DNA from: Arcobacteraceae bacterium
GTDB lineage: Bacteria; Campylobacterota; Campylobacteria; Campylobacterales; Arcobacteraceae
Assembly (NCBI GenBank): GCA_965224485.1
Contig: CBDCZH010000015.1
Location: forward strand, 96,001 to 160,000
Reading direction: 5' to 3'
Length of the DNA: 64,000 nucleotides
Both the position numbers and the translations under genes were made by a program. How positions within the stretch are numbered: the first letter of the stretch is position 1; each line of letters opens with the position of its first letter. Shown in pieces: positions 44,585 to 52,713 of this stretch. A model generated the notes under the pieces. That model made no database searches, was not told where the DNA came from, and saw nothing but the letters and a program-made list of their open reading frames with translations.

Positions 44585-46306
44585 TTATCTTTTTAGTTTC
44601 TTGTTACCGTCATTTAAAAGTAACTCTATCATTTTTGCAACAGCTTCTGTATTATCACTAATATCTTTATCTAACTCTTCTATTAATACTTCATACTTTA
44701 TCATTCTCTCTTCATCTAAACCATCAAGATTACTATAAATCTGATTTCTCATTTTAGCTTTTAATTTGCCTTTTTCAGAATCAGGATCAAAACCATCTCC
44801 ATAATCATCATTATAAGCATCAAGTAATTCATCTGCTTTTGATTTTTTATCACCATCTACTTTATCACCTAAAATTATAATCTCATTATTTACTATAAAT
44901 TTTTTATAAAAAATAAGAAGTAAAATACCTGCAATTATATATTGTATATAATCTGAAAAATCTTTTAAAATAGATTTTATCATAGTTAAAGTATCAACAT
45001 TACTACCTTGAACGAGAGGATTACCATCTTCATCTAAAGCAAGATTTGAACCAGCTCCTAAATCTTTTAAACCTAAAAATTTAAAATCTTTTACAGTTAC
45101 CTTATCTCCTCTTTTTAAATCATAACCTATAGTGTCTTGCACAATTGAATTTAAAGAAGAGATAAACTCATCTTTATTTTGAATATCTTTTAAAACTGAA
45201 GAATCAAAAGTAACAGCCGCCGAAATTTTTTCTATTTTTGAAAAATTATTATCTGTGTAAGCTATTACTTTTTTAGATATTTCAAAGTTTGTTATATTTT
45301 TACTAGCTTCATTTGATGACTTAGACGAACCATCATTGTTTTTGGCATCTTTATCTTCAATATTATTTTCAACTCCAGCAATTCCACCACCACCAGCAGT
45401 TTTTCCCTCAGAAGAAGATATGTTTTCTGTTGTTTGCTGGCTTCTTATTGTTCCTTCTGGTTCATATATTTCTTCTTGAATATTTTGTTTTGAAAAATTA
45501 AGTTTTATATTAACTCTTGCAACTACTCTTCCACTTCCAACAAAAGGCTCAAGTAAATCTACTATTTTCTTTTCATAATCTTCTTCTAAACCAATTTTGT
45601 ATTTGTTTTGTATATTTAAACTTCTATTTTCTTGGTCATCTTTAGATTTTTCTAACATAGCTCCATCTTGATCAATTAAAGAAATACTTTCAGTTTTCAA
45701 ATTAGAAACAGCAGAAGAAATAAAGTTTTTTATTCCATTTATTTGTTTTTGTGTTAAAAAAACTCCTGGTTTTAAATTTAAAACAGCAGAAGCAGTAGTT
45801 TCAGCTTTTCTTTCAGTAAAAATTGAATCTTTTGGAATAGCAATTTTAACACTAGCTCTTATAACACCATTTAGTGATTCTAGGGTTCTTGATAATTCGC
45901 CCTCAAGAGCTCTTAAATATTTTACTTTATTTTCAAAATTAGTTGTACCTAAAGATGATTTTTCAAATATTTCCCAACCCACATGTTTAGATGTTGAAGC
46001 TTCTGAAGTTACAAGTTTTATTTTTGCAATATTAATAAAATTCTTAGAAGTTTTTAATGTTAAGGAATTACCACTACCAATAACAGCAAACTCAATGCCC
46101 GAAGCTTCTAATTCATCACTTGCCAACATTACCTGGTTTTTTGTTAAATTACTTGCAATTGTATAATTTAATTTTTTATCTTCTGCTTTAAGGTTAGAGT
46201 AAATTAATAAAGCAATTAAAAGAACAAATAATAAAGAAACTCCCCCCATTATTACTGCTCTTTGCGCAGAATTTAAATTATTTACAAATTTAAAAAGTTG
46301 ATCCAT
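44585..46306 (-). CDS. fliF: MS-ring protein FliF
   Basis: GWEIF, RALEGELSRT, TASA, RSQQ, NFEISK, GYD..RGD, two TMs. Confidence 0.96.
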   Translation of the reverse strand: MDQLFKFVNNLNSAQRAVIMGGVSLLFVLLIALLIYSNLKAEDKKLNYTIASNLTKNQVMLASDELEASGIEFAVIGSGNSLTLKTSKNFINIAKIKLVTSEASTSKHVGWEIFEKSSLGTTNFENKVKYLRALEGELSRTLESLNGVIRASVKIAIPKDSIFTERKAETTASAVLNLKPGVFLTQKQINGIKNFISSAVSNLKTESISLIDQDGAMLEKSKDDQENRSLNIQNKYKIGLEEDYEKKIVDLLEPFVGSGRVVARVNIKLNFSKQNIQEEIYEPEGTIRSQQTTENISSSEGKTAGGGGIAGVENNIEDKDAKNNDGSSKSSNEASKNITNFEISKKVIAYTDNNFSKIEKISAAVTFDSSVLKDIQNKDEFISSLNSIVQDTIGYDLKRGDKVTVKDFKFLGLKDLGAGSNLALDEDGNPLVQGSNVDTLTMIKSILKDFSDYIQYIIAGILLLIFYKKFIVNNEIIILGDKVDGDKKSKADELLDAYNDDYGDGFDPDSEKGKLKAKMRNQIYSNLDGLDEERMIKYEVLIEELDKDISDNTEAVAKMIELLLNDGNKKLKR

Positions 46307-46322
46307 TTATACCTTATCCTAC

Positions 46323-46730
46323 TTATGTTTTTTGAGATGATGCAATAACTGATTTAAACAGTTTTGAATCTTTTTTTATTGATTCTTGTAAAGCTTGGAA
46401 AATCATACTATTTTTAGCCATATCACCCATTTGTTGATCTAAACTTACATTATTTCCATCATTTTGCTCTTGTAAATTTTGAACTTCTATTAGGTATGGA
46501 TTAATTTTTGAATTTTCTTCTATCTCTTTACTAATATGATTTTTATCAGTGGTAACTAAGCTTAAATCATTTTTATCTTTTGCTTGCAATAATTCATGAT
46601 CAAAAACTAAATCTTTAGTTTTATAATTAGGTGTATTAATATTAGCAATATTACTTGAAATTACTTTTTGTCTCTCAGCTCTAAAATTAAGTTGAGAAAA
46701 TAAGGTTGAACTAACTTCACTAGCATGCAT
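46323..46730 (-). CDS. flgB: Basal-body rod protein FlgB
   Basis: RQ.VISSNIANINTPNYK.KD, DGNNV.LD. Confidence 0.96.
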   Translation of the reverse strand: MHASEVSSTLFSQLNFRAERQKVISSNIANINTPNYKTKDLVFDHELLQAKDKNDLSLVTTDKNHISKEIEENSKINPYLIEVQNLQEQNDGNNVSLDQQMGDMAKNSMIFQALQESIKKDSKLFKSVIASSQKT

Positions 46731-46732
46731 AA

Positions 46733-47446
46733 TTACCTTCTTCCAAGTTTTTGTATAAGTTTTCTATTAAGCTCATCTATGCCTTTTACAGCTTTTTGAG
46801 CTTGTTCAAAAAGTCTATGTGCTTCAATTAAAGATACCATAGCAGTAACTGAGTTTACATTTGATTTCTCCAATGCGCCTTGAAGTATATGCTCATCTGT
46901 ATTTTCAATAACTTCAATTTGATTTATATTTTTTGCTCTATAATTATTATCACCTGTTTTATCTAAATTTTTAAAATCGATTTTTGAAACTCCAAGATTT
47001 AAGGAAAACCCTTCTGTTACACTTAAAGGTTCACCATCCGAACTTAATACTGCAGCTCCTGTATTGGTAACTAAAGCACCATCAAGATTTTTAAAAGAAC
47101 CATCTCTTGTATATAATGTTTCTCCATTAAGACCTCTAACCATAAAAAATGTATCTTTATGATTTAAAGCAAAATCCATTTCATTTCCAGTAGGAACAAC
47201 AGCCCCTTGCACACTTGAAATATATTTTCCATCAATTTTTGGAACAGTATTAGTTATAGTATTTAAAGTAGAAATATATTCACTCTTATTTTTAGCCTTA
47301 CTCAAATAGTTATTAAATGAGCCCTCAACTAAACCTTCTTGTTTAAAACCAGTAGTATTAGCATTTGCTAAAGTATTAGAAATAGTATCAACTCTATTAA
47401 GCTGATTTATCATTGAAGCAGCTAAAGAATATGTTCCTTGATTCAT
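46733..47446 (-). CDS. flgF: Basal-body rod protein FlgF
   Basis: LANANTTGFK, TGN..DFAL, YTRDGSF, LEKSNVN...M..LIE..R.FE; the canonical flgG is a separate gene. Confidence 0.85.
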   Translation of the reverse strand: MNQGTYSLAASMINQLNRVDTISNTLANANTTGFKQEGLVEGSFNNYLSKAKNKSEYISTLNTITNTVPKIDGKYISSVQGAVVPTGNEMDFALNHKDTFFMVRGLNGETLYTRDGSFKNLDGALVTNTGAAVLSSDGEPLSVTEGFSLNLGVSKIDFKNLDKTGDNNYRAKNINQIEVIENTDEHILQGALEKSNVNSVTAMVSLIEAHRLFEQAQKAVKGIDELNRKLIQKLGRR

Positions 47447-47465
47447 TTTATAACCTTTTTAATAT

Positions 47466-48497
47466 CTATTTTCCAAATTCAGAAATTAATGATTCTAAAT
47501 CTTCATCTGCTAATAAATCGTCAGAATTATCACCATGAATATGCTTAGCTACAATAATTTCATTTTCAGGAGTATCATCTTCAAATAAATTATTTAAGTA
47601 TGAAGATAATTTTCTAATTACAGACATAACTCGTTCAATCTTTTGTCTATTGATATCATTAAATTGCATTAATTCCATTGCTCCAAATATTTTCATATTT
47701 TCAGCATCAATTCCTTTTAATAAATTCACATTTCCATTTTTACTTGAAATAGCCAAATCAAGATTTTCTTTGAATTCAGGAATATTTGGAAATTTATTAT
47801 TTAATTTTGTTAATAAAACAATCTGCTTTTCAACAAAATCCATATTCTTTTTTATCTCTTTAGAAGAATCATCATTATTGTCTAATACTAAACTTAAAAC
47901 ATCAAAAATTTGTAAAGATTTTTCTTCTGTATCATTTGCAACTTCACTTAACTGGCTTACTACTTTAGTATCTTCATCAGCAGGAAAAGGAAAAACACCT
48001 TCTTGTATCTTAGTTTCAGCCCATTCTTTTCCAGATTCTTCATGTGAAATTGTTTTAGCTAATTCTTCTTCTTTTTGTTCTACTTCTTCTTTTTCTAAAG
48101 GAATATTATCTACACTATCAACAGTAGAAGTATCCATATTTTCAATTGAGGCTAAAATATCATCAATATTTTCACTATTTTCAGCATTGTCTTGTGTTGC
48201 ATCAAGTTCTTTTATTAAACTATCTACATCTAATTCCCCACTAGCTTCAGAATCATTATTTGAAACTACATCAAGTTCTTTTAAAATATCATCAACATTA
48301 GTATCTTCTTCTTCTTTTGCTACTTCTACAGGATTACTAATTTCTTCACTTAAATCAGTTTGTGCAATTAAATCAGCAATGTCATTTTCAGACATAGAAG
48401 TATTAGTATTTTCTTCTTCAGCTGCTGCTGATGCTTCATCTTCAGCCAAATCAATACCATTCATTAATGATTCTATTTCTTCTTGACTCATACTCAT
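47466..48497 (-). CDS. cheZ: CheZ-like chemotaxis phosphatase (Campylobacterota type)
   Basis: MSQEEIESLM N-terminus, QFNDINRQKIERV (DxxxQ) motif, C-terminal DLESLISEFG; downstream of cheY. Confidence 0.8.
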   Translation of the reverse strand: MSMSQEEIESLMNGIDLAEDEASAAAEEENTNTSMSENDIADLIAQTDLSEEISNPVEVAKEEEDTNVDDILKELDVVSNNDSEASGELDVDSLIKELDATQDNAENSENIDDILASIENMDTSTVDSVDNIPLEKEEVEQKEEELAKTISHEESGKEWAETKIQEGVFPFPADEDTKVVSQLSEVANDTEEKSLQIFDVLSLVLDNNDDSSKEIKKNMDFVEKQIVLLTKLNNKFPNIPEFKENLDLAISSKNGNVNLLKGIDAENMKIFGAMELMQFNDINRQKIERVMSVIRKLSSYLNNLFEDDTPENEIIVAKHIHGDNSDDLLADEDLESLISEFGK

Positions 48498-48513
48498 AAC
48501 AAACCTTTTTTAT

Positions 48514-48885
48514 TTACTTTTTAAATACGCCGTCTAATTTTTCTTTTAATATTTCTGCATTAAATGGTTTTACAATATAATTATTTACTCCTGCTTTTAA
48601 AGCAGTAATAACTTCACCCTTCCCGCCTTCTGTTGTAATCATGATAATTGGAGTTTTCATATGTGCCCCAGAAGCTCTAGTTTTTTTAACTAAATCTAAA
48701 CCATTCATATTTGGCATATTCCAATCTGTTAAGATAACATCGTATTGGCTTTGTTCTAATAACTTCCATGCTTTAACTCCATCTTCAGCTTCATCGAAAT
48801 CTTCTTTTGAATAACCCAATTGTGTAACAACATTACCAATAATTCTTCTCATTGTTGAACTATCGTCAACTATTAATATTTTCAT
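48514..48885 (-). CDS. cheY: Chemotaxis response regulator CheY
   Basis: VDDSSTMRRI, TDWNMP, ITTEG, YIVKPF. Confidence 0.96.
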   Translation of the reverse strand: MKILIVDDSSTMRRIIGNVVTQLGYSKEDFDEAEDGVKAWKLLEQSQYDVILTDWNMPNMNGLDLVKKTRASGAHMKTPIIMITTEGGKGEVITALKAGVNNYIVKPFNAEILKEKLDGVFKK

Positions 48886-49047
48886 TTTCTGCCCTCAATA
48901 ATATTTAATTTAAAATTTTATATATAATATAATGAATTTGTTTTAAATATACTTAATATAAAATCTCATATATAAAAATTATTCATCAATTAATAATATT
49001 TAGCAAAATAATTTACTTAATTTATCTAATTTTAAAAGTTCTTTAAT

Positions 49048-49053
49048 TATAAT
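49048..49053 (+). promoter_or_regulatory. sigma70-type -10 upstream of flgG
   Basis: TATAAT ~30 nt upstream of the ATG, AAGGA RBS; no sigma54 GG-N10-GC seen. Confidence 0.45.
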
Positions 49054-49083
49054 CTATTCAATATATACAAAAAAGGATTTCTT

Positions 49084-49872
49084 ATGATTAGAGGTTTATA
49101 TACAGCAGCAACAGGAATGAACGCCCAGCAGCACCAAATTAACGTAACATCTAATAATATTGCCAATGTAAATACAATGGGATTTAAAAAAGATAGAGCA
49201 GAATTTCAAGATTTAATGTACGATTCATTAAATTTTACAGCAGGAGCTACTTCTGAATCAAGTAGAAACCCTACAGGTATGGATGTAGGTCTTGGAGTTA
49301 GGGTATCTGGAATTCAAAAAAACTTTACTGTAGGTGATTTTAAACCTACTGGAAATACTCTTGATGTTTCTATTGAAGGAAAAGGTTTCTTTCAAATAAC
49401 AACTCCAAACGGAGAAACAGCATATACAAGAAATGGAGCTTTTAAACTTGATTCTGAAGGAGCTATTGTAAATGGAAATGGATATAAACTAGAACCAGAA
49501 ATAGTAGTACCTGCAAATTTAACAAAACTTACAATTGCAAAAGATGGTATGGTTTCAGCAACTGATCCAACAACAGGAACAGTGCAAGAATTAGGTCAAA
49601 TTACAATTAGTGATTTTATTAATCCTGCTGGTTTAACACCGTTAGGGGAGAGTATGTTTCAAGCAAGTTCTGCTTCAGGTGATCCAATTGAAGCTAATCC
49701 AGGAAGTGATCAATTAGGTAGTCTAAGACAAGGATTTATTGAGTTATCTAATGTTTCTTTAGTTAATGAAATGGTTGATTTAATTACAGCTCAAAGAGCT
49801 TATGAAGCAAATTCTAAATCAATTTCAACAACAGATGATATGTTAGCTATTGTAAATAGATTAAAAAATTAA
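49084..49872 (+). CDS. flgG: Distal rod protein FlgG
   Basis: AATGM.AQQ, NNIANVNT.GFKK.RAEFQDLMY, YTRNGAF, EMVDLITAQRAYEANSK. Confidence 0.97.
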   Translation: MIRGLYTAATGMNAQQHQINVTSNNIANVNTMGFKKDRAEFQDLMYDSLNFTAGATSESSRNPTGMDVGLGVRVSGIQKNFTVGDFKPTGNTLDVSIEGKGFFQITTPNGETAYTRNGAFKLDSEGAIVNGNGYKLEPEIVVPANLTKLTIAKDGMVSATDPTTGTVQELGQITISDFINPAGLTPLGESMFQASSASGDPIEANPGSDQLGSLRQGFIELSNVSLVNEMVDLITAQRAYEANSKSISTTDDMLAIVNRLKN

Positions 49873-49882
49873 TTTTAGGTAA

Positions 49883-50317
49883 TTGATGAATTTAGAAGAA
49901 TTAAAAAACATTAGAAAAGAAAATTTTTCCTTACATAAGAAAAAGAAAAAAGAGTATTATCTTAAAAATAAAATGAAAAATCTTTCTTCTAAAAAAATAA
50001 TTGCAAAAAAAGTTCATGATTATGAGCAAGATTTAAGTGAAGAGAACTTTGAACTTAAGATAAAAGAGATTATAAAGAACCAAAAAGCACATGTAGATAG
50101 TAGAAAAGACAAAATTATTGCAAAAATGAAAGAGTATAAAGATAAAAAACAAGAGTATTACAAAGAAAATAAAGAAAAAAGACTTGTTTATGACAAAGAG
50201 TATAGAGATAGTAAAAAAGAAGAGTTAAAAGAATATAGAAAAAAGTATTATGAACTAAATAAAGAAGAAATTTTAAATAAACAAAAAGAAAAAAGAAATC
50301 TAAAAAAAGAGAAATAA
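49883..50317 (+). CDS. Lys/Glu/Tyr-rich repeat protein of unknown function
   Basis: 144-aa ORF between flgG and the next gene with tight spacing; recurring KEYY..NKE motif. Confidence 0.75.
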   Translation: MMNLEELKNIRKENFSLHKKKKKEYYLKNKMKNLSSKKIIAKKVHDYEQDLSEENFELKIKEIIKNQKAHVDSRKDKIIAKMKEYKDKKQEYYKENKEKRLVYDKEYRDSKKEELKEYRKKYYELNKEEILNKQKEKRNLKKEK

Positions 50318-50318
50318 T

Positions 50319-51584
50319 ATGGCAACAAATGAAGAAAAAACAGATGAAGAGATGATGAAAGATTTAGAACTTGATAGTGATGATCAAATAAATCAAGATG
50401 AATTACCTCTTAGTAGTAATAATGAAGAAGAAGATATTGTTCTAAATGAAGATTCAGATGAACTTAGTATCTCTTCCAGTGATGATGAAATAGCTTTAGA
50501 TACTAATGAAGATGACGATTTATTATCAGAAGATAATAATGAAGAAAATGAGATGAAAGACTTTGAATTAGAAGAGATGCAAGATGAAGAAGATGAAGAT
50601 ACAGGTTCGTTACAAGTAAAACAATCAAAGTTAAAAAGAATTTTAATGATGGTTATAACTGGACTGGTTATTGTAATATTCTTAGGTTTCATACTCTTTT
50701 TACTTGGAGTTTTTGATGAAGAAGAGGTAAAAGTAAAAGAAAATAAAATGCCTACTAAAAAAGAACTTGTTAAAAAATCATTTGATTTTAAGGAAAAAGA
50801 TATTGACCTTAATAGATTAAATAAGAAGTTAAACTTATTAACTAAATATGAGATAATTGAAGATGAAAAACAAGCTAAATCATCTGAAAAAGAAAAAGAA
50901 GCATTTGAAAAACAAACAAAAGAAGAGAAAGATCAAGAAAGACAAGAAAAAATAAATACTATAAAAGAACAAGAAAATCTAAAAATAAAAGAGATGATTG
51001 AAGCTGCAAAAGAAGAAGCAAGAGCAGAATTAATAGCAGAACAATTTAAAGAAAGAGAAGCTAGCCTAAAAGAAGATGCTAAAAAACAAGAAAATATAAA
51101 TATTCTTGCAAAAAAAGAAGAACTTTTAGATAATTTAGAAAAACAAGTTCAAGCTATAAAAAAAATAGATGCAGAAAGTAAAGATGTTATTGTAGTTCAA
51201 GATGAAGAAAAGACTCTTGAAAAAGAAGATATGAACAAAGAAGAAATTAACACAGAAGAAAATACAGATATAGTAGAAGAAGAGGAAAACATAAGTCAAA
51301 ATGAAGAAGTAATACAAGAAGTGAAAAATAAAGAATTTATTAAATTTATTTCAATAGAAACTAAAAAGAAAAATATTTATAAATCATTTTTAAATGAAAT
51401 TGAAAAAATTGATAATAATATTACCTTATGTAGAAATAATAAAAATCAAATAGAGGTATTAATTGGACCTTTTTTAGAAAATGAAAACAGAGATATGATT
51501 TTAGATACATTTATACAAAATGATATTTCAGCTTTAGCAATAGATTTCACACAAGAAGAGTTTATTAAGAGATGTGAGTATTAG
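50319..51584 (+). CDS. Acidic N-terminal, single-TM, coiled-coil protein with C-terminal SPOR-like domain
   Basis: ~100 D/E-rich residues, TM ILMMVITGLVIVIFLGFILFLLGVF, E/K coiled coil, C-terminal IEVLIGPF motif. Confidence 0.75.
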   Translation: MATNEEKTDEEMMKDLELDSDDQINQDELPLSSNNEEEDIVLNEDSDELSISSSDDEIALDTNEDDDLLSEDNNEENEMKDFELEEMQDEEDEDTGSLQVKQSKLKRILMMVITGLVIVIFLGFILFLLGVFDEEEVKVKENKMPTKKELVKKSFDFKEKDIDLNRLNKKLNLLTKYEIIEDEKQAKSSEKEKEAFEKQTKEEKDQERQEKINTIKEQENLKIKEMIEAAKEEARAELIAEQFKEREASLKEDAKKQENINILAKKEELLDNLEKQVQAIKKIDAESKDVIVVQDEEKTLEKEDMNKEEINTEENTDIVEEEENISQNEEVIQEVKNKEFIKFISIETKKKNIYKSFLNEIEKIDNNITLCRNNKNQIEVLIGPFLENENRDMILDTFIQNDISALAIDFTQEEFIKRCEY

Positions 51585-51602
51585 TAGTAAAAACTACTAA
51601 TA
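51579..51602. terminator. Hairpin between convergent genes
   Basis: TATTAGTAGT AAAA ACTACTAATA, 10-bp stem. Confidence 0.55.
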
Positions 51603-51609
51603 GGATGTT

Positions 51610-52134
51610 TTAGCTACTCTGTAGGACGGCTAAAGCATCTTTTACTATAATATTTTTATCTTTTATATCTACACTTATTATATATAGATCAATATAAGGG
51701 ATTAGAAAAGTTTTAGCTAAACCTTTTTCTACTAAAACACTTGCTGTTTCGATTTCTAAATAATCGCTACTTGGGTATCTGTGAACATCAATTACTTTTC
51801 CTAAAAGGATATCATCTTCTTTAACTAAACAATTTTCAATATCAAACCAGAAATACTGTTTATTTGATAAATTACAATTTTTTATAGTTTCTTCATAAGA
51901 TGTATAAAGTTCTTGATTTGTGAGTTTTTTTGCATCATCAATATTATTAATTGATTTAAATTTTATAGTTCCTCTTTTATCATTAAAAGATAAAACTTCT
52001 AAGTTAATTTTGTTTTTTGTTGTAAAACAAGCGCCTACTTTGAACTGCTCTGGAAAATCAGACTCCAGATGAATTTTAAGTTCACCTTGAAGTCCAACTG
52101 TTTTTCCTAATTTTGCTATATAAATACTATTCAT
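51610..52134 (-). CDS. rimM: Ribosome maturation factor RimM
   Basis: GKTVGLQGELK, YFWFD, FLIPY; in the ffh-rpsP-KH-rimM order. Confidence 0.95.
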   Translation of the reverse strand: MNSIYIAKLGKTVGLQGELKIHLESDFPEQFKVGACFTTKNKINLEVLSFNDKRGTIKFKSINNIDDAKKLTNQELYTSYEETIKNCNLSNKQYFWFDIENCLVKEDDILLGKVIDVHRYPSSDYLEIETASVLVEKGLAKTFLIPYIDLYIISVDIKDKNIIVKDALAVLQSS

Positions 52135-52141
52135 TTAAAAC

Positions 52142-52381
52142 CTATTTCGCCAAAACTTGAATTTTATAAGATACACCATCTTTTGCCTTGCATCCATTTG
52201 CCATAGTTTTTAAAGCATTTATCATATTTCCGTTCTTTCCTATTAATTTACCAATATCTTTGCTATTAGCAATAACAGTGATCTCACAGAAGCTATCATC
52301 AATCTTTTCCATAGAAATACTTACATCTTGGGGAGAACTTACAATCAACTTTGCATAATTTTTAATGAAATCTGTAATCAT
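52142..52381 (-). CDS. khpA: KH-domain RNA-binding protein KhpA
   Basis: DIGKLIGKNG KH motif; between rpsP and rimM. Confidence 0.9.
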   Translation of the reverse strand: MITDFIKNYAKLIVSSPQDVSISMEKIDDSFCEITVIANSKDIGKLIGKNGNMINALKTMANGCKAKDGVSYKIQVLAK

Positions 52382-52395
52382 ATTAGCTCTTTAAA

Positions 52396-52623
52396 TTATT
52401 TAGCTGCTAATTTTGCAACTTTTTCACTTGCTTTAGCTCCAACACCTAACCAGTACTCATATCTTTCTTTATCAAGTTTAAGAACTTTTGGTTCTGATAC
52501 TGGGTTATAGTATCCAATTGATTCAATCCAACCTGAATCTCTTCTTTTTCTTGAATCTGTTACAACGATTCTATAAAACGGTTTCTTGTTTCTACCCATT
52601 CTTGTTAGTCTAATTACTGTCAT
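52396..52623 (-). CDS. rpsP: 30S ribosomal protein S16
   Basis: [22 protein letters not shown]...IE.IGYYNP. Confidence 0.98.
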   Translation of the reverse strand: MTVIRLTRMGRNKKPFYRIVVTDSRKRRDSGWIESIGYYNPVSEPKVLKLDKERYEYWLGVGAKASEKVAKLAAK

Positions 52624-52713
52624 GTTATTTTCCTTTTATTTATACTTAATTTTATAGTATTGAGCTCTAAACTCCATTAAGTTTACAATTCAATACTAAT
52701 AAAACACTAAAAC

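Noticed and set aside
47650..48486. 278-aa + strand Ser-rich ORF
   Set aside because: Antisense shadow of the acidic cheZ codons.
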